From Eledone cirrhosa (lineage: Eukaryota): 64,000 nt of DNA. Position 1 is the stretch's first letter, and each line of letters begins with the position of its first letter. The notes under the pieces are model-generated. The model ran no database searches and was not told where the DNA came from. It worked only from the letters and a program-made list of their open reading frames with translations. Made by a program: the position numbers and the translations under genes. Where the stretch lies: positions 18,352,001 through 18,416,000 of the forward strand of contig OZ024740.1 in the NCBI GenBank assembly GCA_964016885.1, in the 5' to 3' direction. Positions 54,747 through 64,000 of the stretch are shown in pieces.

Positions 54747-56726
54747 ATGGTTAATTCACCTCTGCACCAAGCAGCTGAAAGCCTTCCTCACAAATTAACA
54801 CCTCACACCGACACCACCATTGTAAATGTTACTACGTTTGCCAACACTACAAAAAATATAAGCAGTAGCAATATTTTAAATTTGTCTCAAGCAGACATTC
54901 ATTTCCCACCATTACCAATGACTGCAGGTGTTAAAGCCTCCACCACCACCACCACCACCGCGACAACCACCACCCCCACCACCACCGCGACAACAGAAAC
55001 AAAAGGAAAAAATAAATCAACCCGTGATGACGAAATAATTTCAACCAAAATGGACTCTTCCACTTCCACACCGAACACCACTGACGTCACCACCACCACA
55101 ACTGAAACTAAAATTAATAATAACAAAAATAACGATAGCAACAACAACAACAATGACATTAAAAAAAACCACCCTGAGTTTTGCCAGAGTAGCAAAACAG
55201 TGCGAAGCATATACGGTAACTCAGGAGGAATTAGAAAATGCCAAACAAATAGTAAAGAAAGATGGGTACAGGGTCAGCTTCACCCCCACTTAATAAAATG
55301 GAGCATCGGCGCCTATGCACCGTGTCGTATCGAACCATAAATGTAAAATCGCGCCGAGTGGAACGGGCATCCGAGTCCCAAATCCAAAAAGCTTTGGGAC
55401 ATGTGTGGGCAAGAAAAACCCACATCAGACGTGGGCAGAAGTATGGAACCGTGGACGTGTTCCTTGAAACACCAGAGGAGGCTAGAGAACACTCCATGGC
55501 CCCATTAAGAAGTGACGACTTCACACTCGTCCCAAGCTATTGTGGCCAGAGACTCGTAAAGATCAGGGTGACCCACGTTCCACCGGCCATCGAAATTCCC
55601 TGGCTAATAGCGGCCGTCCTCGCCGGCATCGAAGCCAACACAAAGATAATAGCAATAGCAAAAGAAAAGCAGGAGAACTGGTCAGGATCTGGGATGGAGC
55701 TCCTGATCCAAGCGGACCAAAAAAGCATTGAGGAGATCCCAGAGGTAATAGACCTCACTGACGGCAGCCACCTCACCGTAATTGTCGAGGGCAGAAGGCC
55801 TAGGTGTGTCGTTTGTGGTGAAGGAACCCACCTAAGGGCTTTCTGCCCTCAGGCTAAAAGGTTGAGGCCACCTCTCCTACCCACCCCAGTGACACAACCA
55901 TCAACACCACCAGTAGCAGAGATGGCAGCAACAACTGTAGCAGCAACAACAGCAGCAACTATAACAGCAACAACCCCAGCAACAATAGCAAAACCACCAC
56001 CACCACCACCAGCAAAACCAACACCACCACCACCCAACGCTTCAGAACTAGCACCAGCGCCTACACCATCCACCACGCCACAACCAAAACTAACGCCTGT
56101 GGAGGATTTTCCACTCCCCGGCCTATCACAACTGGAGACAGATTGTGACGACGAGGAGTGGGAAACGGTATCAGGAAAAAAAGAAAAGGAAACCAAAAAA
56201 GAAAAAAATTCTCTTCCTTCCCCCTCCAAAAACAAAATAGAGAGGGAAACAAATAAATTAACAAACAAAAAAGTTAGGACAGATATGCCACCATCCACAC
56301 CAGCACCACCAACACCATCACCATCATTAACCCCAACACCACCATCACCTACACCACAAAAGTCACCAAAATGCGAAACAGAAACAAACCCACAACAAAC
56401 GCAAACAAAACAAAACAACCAAAACGATACACACTACACAGCATTAAATTTGAACAACAAGCAATTATTACACTACATCCAACACAACACCAGCATCACA
56501 GAAAAAGACTACACAACAACCCCAAAATTCACACCACCTCCACACATACAAATCACTCGCATCACACAGAAAACGTTACACGACACTAAAACAAACATTC
56601 CCCAAAGACATCGGAGAATTCCGACAAACACTCTCCAGGAGGATTTATAAGGACATCCTTCCTGAGGAGGCCACAAGCAGTGAAATGGATGGAAAAACCG
56701 TCCTTCCCCTACGAGAAGTAAGGTAA
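54747..56726 (+). pseudogene. Family B ORF1, frameshifted
   Basis: Overlapping ORFs 54747-55340 and 55262-56650; IVEGRRP plus a CCHC knuckle as in family A. Confidence 0.75.
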
Positions 56727-56760
56727 GTGGTCTTTCCCATCTTTTCCACTCCTTTTCAAC

Positions 56761-59416
56761 ATGACCTCACTCAGAATAGGCAGCATAAATGCGCGTGGCT
56801 TGGGGTCGTCATGGAAGCAGGGCCACCTGCTCAACGACCTCAGGTCACTAAACATAGATGTAGTGGCCATCAGCGAGACCAGAATCTCCGAAGCACGGGC
56901 CTTTGCACCGATCTTCGGCGGCTACGATGTGTACGCATCTCCCACCCGTCCGGGATCGGGGGGAGGAGTTGCTGTGCTTTTTCGGAGAGGTTTGGATCTT
57001 GCCATACGGGCCATCTTCCTGGACCCAGAAGGTAAGTTGGTGGTGCTGGACGTGACCAGCGGAGAGGGGCAAGCTTTCAGGTTAGTGGCCGTCTATGCCC
57101 CGACAGGAGCAGGGCGGCCTGATTTCTTCCGGCGTCTGGAGACCTTTCTTGGAACGTCCCGCTCTTTAGTGTTAGTGGGCGACTGGAACGGGATCTTAGA
57201 TGCACGCTGGGATTGTGTGGGATTAGTGGATAGGGAAGGAGAGTGCAAGAATCTCACCAACCTGCTCAGGCGTTTTGAACTGTCTGACAGGTACCGAATG
57301 GATTTCCCGAATGTACCAGTGTGGACTTGGACAAATCGCATAGGGTCATCCAGATCATATCTAGATAGAGTATTTTGTAGGGAAATAGATAGGTCTAGGA
57401 TAGGCTGTCCACAATTCAAGATAGTCAGCTACACGGACCACAAATTCGAGATCTGTGTGCTTGACTTAGATAGGCTTCATAGACGAGGACCCGGCTACTG
57501 GAAACTAAACGCGTCCTTACCAGCGCCCAAGGCCTACAGAGACCGGATTAGCGAACTAGTTAAGCGGGCGTTGACGGGGGCCATCGTCAACAACAAGTGG
57601 TGGTTTGCTCTGAAAAGTGCAATTAGAATAGAGTCCATTAGGTTTAGTAAGGCTTTAGCAATAGAGAAAAATAGAACAGAGGGAAAATTAGTTAGAAAAT
57701 TAGACGAGGCGCTTAGCAAAGGCATCGCGACCGACGTACTTGCGGCAAAATTGGCCCTTGACCAATTCTTCAATGCAAAGCACGAAGGCTGCGTTGTCAG
57801 AGCTAGGGTGCGTGCTCTCAGACACGAGGGGACGAAAGCCGTTCAATGGGCCCGAGTGGCGGAGGCGCGTCGTGGCAACAAAGCCACGATCCGGTCTTTG
57901 GTGGACCACGACGGGCGCATGCTACTCGATCCCGGGCAAATGTGTGAAGCTTTTCAGCGACACTTCGCTCAACTATTCGGGGGCAGTGGCGGGCCGGATC
58001 GAGGGATGGACTTTAGTGTTTACCTCGACGGACTGCCGCGGCTTTCGGCCACTGAGGCGGAGTGTTGCGAAAAGCCGATAACAACCGCTGAAGTACGGGA
58101 AGCAATGACTGGCTGCACAAGGGGTAAATCGCCTGGTTTGGATGGTCTGCCCTATGAACTTTACGTACAAATACCAGACTTGTTCGGAGGCCTCTTGGCG
58201 GACGTCTACTGCAACTGGCAACAGAACGGGAGAATTCCCAGCTCTGTGAGCCGAGGAGCGGTGGAGCTGCTGAGAAAGGATCCGAACAAAGGGGATAACA
58301 TAGATAATTTTAGGCCCATAACTCTGCTAAACACAGAGTTCAAGATTTTGGCCAAGGTGCTAGCAAAGAGGTTGGCGCTTGTCGTTGGTGGTCTGGTGGG
58401 AGAGGCACAGACATGCACCATTCCCGACAGATCCATCCACGACAACCTCCACCTCATGCGATACATCGTAGAGAGGGTAGCTAGGGAACCTGGCACGGGT
58501 GGGTCTTTGATCAATTTAGATCAGTCGAAAGCCTTCGATAGGGTCGACCATCGTTACCTAGCGGCAGTCCTGAGGGCGGCTGGCTTTGGGCCCGTCTTCA
58601 GAGGCTGGATCGCTGCCATGCACAGCGACATCTGCTCTGTAGTGAGAGTGAACGGTCACCTTTCGGAACCGTTCAACTTCATGCGCTCGGTCCGCCAAGG
58701 ATGTCCCCTCTCGTCCCTATTGTACGTATTGACTCTCGAGCCATTACTGCACAAACTGGAGACGTTGAGGGGGGTCCCGCGCGAACTAGGATGCGGGAGA
58801 TCCATGTCAGCATATGCGGACGATGTCACCGTAGTGGTGTCGAACGCCAAACACATCGAGGCGATCGGCACTACACTAAAAGAATACGAAGCGGTGACAG
58901 GAGCAATGATCAACCAGGAAAAGTCAGTGGGCCTGCAGCTCGGCACCTGGAGAGGCAGATCCATGCCGTCCAACAGCGTCGTCGGGCGCTGGACGGACGG
59001 ACCGGTTAAATTGCTAGGGGTCAGAACCGTCCTGCACGCACTCGTCCAGTGTTCGAGCATTGCTGACTTGTGGGTTTCTGTCGAACACCTGCTATCGCGT
59101 GTAGGACGGATCCAGCTATCAGCTGAGTCCATGGTGAGGATTGCCCCGCCCTCTTCCTTTAGCCGGGGAGAGCAGGCAATTTTTATCTGTCTGGTGGCCA
59201 TGGCGAAAGAGATAGTATGATGGACGCGTCTGAAAGGGCTGAAGACGAGCAGTTACCTCTTCGGTGATACCCTGATTAACTTTTTCAAATTTCACTTAAA
59301 AAGGAAAATCACGTTAGAAAGGGAAGTGCTCTCTTCCCAGAATTTTGTTGAAAGATGGGTGAGAGAAGCAAGAATGGCCCGAGTGAATGGGCCTACTCTG
59401 AGTATGTGCCTGTAAA
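56761..59416 (+). pseudogene. Family B ORF2 (APE-RT) with an internal deletion and a TGA at 59218
   Basis: GSINARGL, VGDWNG, SYTDHK, DQSKAFD, RQGCPLS, YADD. Homology continues to RVNGPTLSMCL*. Confidence 0.92.
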
Positions 59417-59694
59417 TTGAAGGTGGGAAACTGGGAGAGGGTACTTGCCCTGGTGGTCAGGGTCACCGTCCCCGTGGCTTTTTTTAATGAGCTTTCTCCA
59501 CAAATGTCCCTCGGAAGTCTCCCCCATATTGGGGAATTTTTCATTGCTTCTTTTGTTGTTACATCCTCCTCTGTTTTGGGGTTTTTTTACACGCAGAAAT
59601 GCCCATTTGTACCGTCCTATATTATCTTGTACTGTCCTTAATGTCTACTTTGTGTAAACCCTTGTGGTTAATAAAGAAAGCATTATTATTATTA

Positions 59695-59774
<80 letters not shown>

Positions 59775-59868
59775 GAATTGGAGCTCTGAAATAGCAATAT
59801 ATATATATGGATGTATATATAATGTATTTTGCATAAAGTGTATTGCAAACTACATTATATATACATCC

Positions 59869-59906
<38 letters not shown>

Positions 59907-60976
59907 TAGTTTTGCGAGGTTATTGATATGAAATCGTGTCGAAACAAATATTGTTATACTTGGAGATATGTAAATAAATACATACACAAGCACAATAACA
60001 ACAAACACATATAAACACACACTAGTAAACTAAGATAGAATACAATAACCAATACACAGTCACCCAAACACGAACACATATAAACAAACCACTATACACA
60101 CACGCAAACGCATGCGCAGAGAAGACAAAAAACAACAACAAATAAATAAACAGACTAAATAAAGATGGCGTAGGCATACAATACAACGGGAGGAAACATA
60201 ATAGCACCACTGACGATGTTGCAGACGTGCAACGAAAGAACTTTGTTAGACTATATATATGTGTTTGTGTCTATATTGTATCTGTATTTTTGACCGTTGG
60301 TCAGTCAATGGTAACTTTGAGGACCGAATAAATTAAATTAACCGATATAAAAGACACAGAAGTGAAAACCAACCAAACAGTGAGTGTGTTCTGTTATTAA
60401 TTCTGGCAATATTATTACAACAATATGACTCTTCCCAAGTATAACAATATATATATATATATATATATATATGATACAACGGTCAAGAAACAGAGCTAAG
60501 CCCCTTATAACCCCGAAAAAAATACCACGGAGGCGGAGGGGGTATTTATATCGAAGCCGTAGAAGAGGTGGTTAAGGTGGCGAGAAGTATGAGTAATGGC
60601 AGCTTTCCAGCAGTCACCACACTTCAAAGATTACTCGACCAGAGGGAGTTATAAACAATATATTGAGAAACACACAGATACATGCGGACACACACATATA
60701 CATGAATATATCCACATCCATCCTTGAGTTAATGGTGCCAACCTTAACCGATGTTGCTCTATGAATAACCGGGACAAACCAATCCGAATGGATTAGACTG
60801 AACCAGTATCAGAGCTAAAAGTACATTATGAAGAGAGAAGAAACATTTAGATATAATTAGTAATAAGATTAGCTCTGTTTCTTGACCGTTGTATCACGTG
60901 ACTGTCTCCCCCTCCGCCTTTTGGGATTCTATCTCACATCATATAGACGTGTTCTTGAGGCTAGTAAAACGAGGTA

Positions 60977-61066
60977 TCCTCTTGATAAGTCGGCAGACCT
61001 CGCAAAGGCTCTATATCTCTATGATGTATTGTTTTTGTTTATGCCACGAAACTACGTAGTCGAGGA
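60977..61066 (+). ncRNA. Type I hammerhead motif with a U3-A8 variant core
   Basis: Stem I TCCTC/GAGGA, core TTGATAA, stem II GT(C)GGCA/TGCCAC, GAAA-CTACGTAG-TC. Lies in a fold-back PLE fragment at about 60825-61136. Confidence 0.65.
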
Positions 61067-61132
61067 ATCTAGAAGCAGTTTAGGTATGATACATCTTATT
61101 ACTAATTATATCTAAATGTTTCTTCTCTCTTC

Positions 61133-61164
<32 letters not shown>

Positions 61165-61167
<3 letters not shown>

Positions 61168-61899
61168 TTTCTGAATTTGTTTAGCAAGATTCTTTATCTG
61201 AAAACGTGTGTTGAAACCGATATTGTTATACTTTGGGAGGGTCATGTTGCCAATAAGAAACACACGCACCAGTTGCTTTCACTTCAATTTATTATAATAA
61301 ATTTATAAACCCAGGAATCTACAAACCTCCGGCCGGCCGGCCGGCCCCACAACCAGACGGTTGCCCACATACCGTCAAAGTTCCCCCGTCACACACCCCG
61401 CGACCTCCCCAGCGACAGGGGACAGGCAATAAACATAAAAGAATTACAACCAAAATTAAATAGAAAATATGAGTGGAACAGCAACATCACAACTTACAAT
61501 TAAGGACAAAATGAAAACACACACACACATAGAACAAACAACCAACCTGTAACATGTAAATAAACAAATAAATAAACGAATATAAACACACACAGACACC
61601 CGGATGTGGCGCATGCGCAGACTGAGCACACAACACACACACAGAAACAAGATGGCGTGGGACAGGGCAGGGGGAAGGCGCAGAAACAGAGAGGGGAGTC
61701 CCCGGTCGCTGGGGAGGTCGCGGGGTGTGTGACGGGGGAACTTTGACGGTATGTGGGCATCCGTCTGGTTGTGGAGCCGGCCGGCCGACCGGAGGTTTGG
61801 TAGATTCCTGGGTTTATAAATTTATTATAATAAATTGAAGTGAAAGCAACTGGTGCGTGTGTTTCTTATTGACAACATGACCCTCCCAAAGTATAACAA
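61165..61899 (+). mobile_element. PLE family Y copy with an inverted 5' arm, A-to-G hypermutated across the hammerhead region
   Basis: Sense arm 61424-61899 is colinear with 36769-37250; the inverted arm spans 61165-61423. Clustered A>G at 61671-61812 is mirrored as T>C at 61310-61423. Confidence 0.88.
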
Positions 61900-62187
61900 T
61901 ATATATATATATATATATATAAGAAATGAATACAAAGGAGTATATACCGTTAAAACATATTTATATAACACGTTTTATAAACATGTTTATAAACATGTTT
62001 AACGGTATATACTCCTTTGTATTCATTTCTTTTGTAACCGCTCTGCTTATATTCTCGCCCACTAAATATTAGCGCTTCTAATATTTAACCCTGTAGGCAC
62101 GAGTATTGAGCACATTTGCACAAACTATTGGCAACTAAATATATGTATCGCTTATTTTTCCTTTTTTCTCTCTCTCGATACTTAAAC

Positions 62188-62255
<68 letters not shown>

Positions 62256-63283
62256 CAGTCTAGTACTGGGGTCGATTCTTCCTATATATCTCTTTCTCAT
62301 TTCCTCTTTCTCGTTTTCTATCTTTCTCTGGAAGAAATCTGCTGTACTCAGGCCAGGAGAGAGAGCTTAAAATGCCCAACAAACGCCGTATTTCAATACG
62401 GCGCCCCTACGACTCTATTAGGGGTATGGGACCATATATATATTACAGATGATAAGTTGCTTATACATGGTTGTTACGTGGGCGATGCCAAACCACTTCA
62501 CGCCAGTAGTTTATCCCAGCTAAGCGTTGGTGATTAGTATTCATTGAGTATTCATTTATCAATAAGAGTAGTTAAGAGGGGATTATTTTACCAAGCTTTA
62601 TTACATGATATATATTTCTGTTACATGGTTATGCATGTGACTTCATCAGACACTTACGCAATCATTGGTGTAGTTATGCAATCATTGGGATATGTCGCTG
62701 CTAATGTATTACCATCCTGTTTTGGTGCCAGCAGACATATGAATCTCTTTACTTATTAAGTTCTAGTAGTAGATGTATCATCCTTCTGATTCGTTGATAT
62801 TTAGGATCCTATATTTAATTATTGTTGACATATTTGCTCTTACATCTCAGCTTGTGGTCTATTATGTCTTCCGCAATCCTTAGCTTCCGTTATCATCATA
62901 TCTCCTTTAGACCACTGGCTGAGATGTAGCAGTAAATATGTCAACATTTAAGTATTGGAACTTTACCAGGAGCCTACAAAACCAACCAAAAGGCTCATAC
63001 ATCTACTACTACTACAATTTAATTTTCCTCATGGTTTACTTCGAATGAAACAGTTCTAGTCCTGTAGAAGCCATTTCTATATTAAATTTATTGCATACAC
63101 TTTACTAATGTATTGAATACTTTACTTTCTGTGGTTTCCCCCAATTGAACCCGGGACTCATATATTGCCAAATAAATTAACTATGGAGATATAAAAGATA
63201 CAGAAGCGAAAACCAACCAAACAGTGAGTGTGTTCTGTTATTATTTTTGGTAATATTACAACAATATGACCCTCCCCAAGTAT

Positions 63284-63325
<42 letters not shown>

Positions 63326-63639
63326 TACGTGTCAGTTTGTGCATGTGTGCTTAGCAAAGGAAAGTATAAGCTTAGCTATGCAAGACTTTTCTTAGCTAAA
63401 AAGTGTGAAGTCAACAAGTGTGATTGTTAACAAAACAGAAAACTAAACAAGAATTGATCAAAGTTTAAGCAAATGCATGGAGGGATTGTTATGTAGGTTA
63501 AAGATCGGCAATTCAATCTGTTAGATTTAGACTAGATTACAGCATTAGTTATTTCAACTGTTAGTCCTCCTAGAGATCAATTTCAGATATTTGGAGCGCG
63601 ACCTTCACATGAAATAATGAAAACAAAATCACATTTTCG

Positions 63640-63920
63640 TCTCTTCCTCTCCCCCTCTCTCTCTCTCTCTCTCTCCCCTTCTCTTTTTCTCCTTATCTCT
63701 CCCCCCTCTCTCTCCTCTCTCTCCTCTCTCTCTCCCTCTTCCCTTCTCTCTCCCCGTCTCTCGCCCTCTCTCTCCCCGCTCGCTTGCTCTTTCTCCCCCG
63801 CCTCTCTTTTTCCTTCTAGCTCACTTGTTAGCTCACTTTCTCTCTCCTCTCTCTCACCCTATCCCCCCTCTCTGCCTGTCTCTCGCCCCCTCTCTCTATC
63901 CATCTATCTATTTCTCTCTG
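63640..63920. repeat. Degenerate (CT)n low-complexity tract
   Basis: Pyrimidine-rich CT repeats. Confidence 0.9.
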
Positions 63921-64000
63921 TATCGGTATATATTTCTTTTCTTGTAATGTTGACCTTGCGCCAAATAGCGACGCCACCGCTGTACATCAGTGGCCATAAC

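Larger units (their letters stand above)
54538..59695 (+). mobile_element. Sister L1/Tx1 family B element with an intact 5' end and an about 780-bp internal deletion in ORF2
   Basis: Flanked by (ATT)n on both sides. ORF1 has CVVCGEGTHLRAFC. ORF2 jumps KLLGV|RTVLHALVQC at 59022. Confidence 0.92.

Noticed and set aside
62540-62965. Possible decayed LINE RT fragment on the minus strand
   Set aside because: Only a KFQYL-like word among many stops; insufficient support.

Overview
Eukaryotic, AT-rich, repeat-saturated DNA with no ordinary host gene. The repeat content suggests an animal, probably a coleoid cephalopod such as octopus (inference only). Main content: (i) several Penelope-like retroelements (PLEs; RT + GIY-YIG, Hydra-type) and many short PLE 3' fragments with fold-back ends in (TA)n tracts, carrying minimal type I hammerhead ribozyme motifs; (ii) two near-identical full-length L1/Tx1-clade LINEs in head-to-tail tandem at a (CTAT)n tract, three related fragments, and a sister family in an (ATT)n tract; (iii) a complete 8-kb Helitron with a nearly intact RepHel ORF; (iv) a 4.6-kb CAGCCACACA satellite; (v) CR1, CRE and Tc1 relics. 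The ORF track misses three notable things. First, a PLE pseudo-LTR with about 31 clustered A-to-G changes, which looks like ADAR-hyperedited RNA written back into the genome with its hammerhead core destroyed. Second, a four-exon gene fusing a NADAR/YbiA-like domain to an SGNH hydrolase, on a 3-kb inserted cassette. Third, a predicted intron in the Tx1 LINE that spans exactly ORF2, with the ORF2 stop codon doubling as the splice acceptor. All alignments were done by eye and no database search was run.
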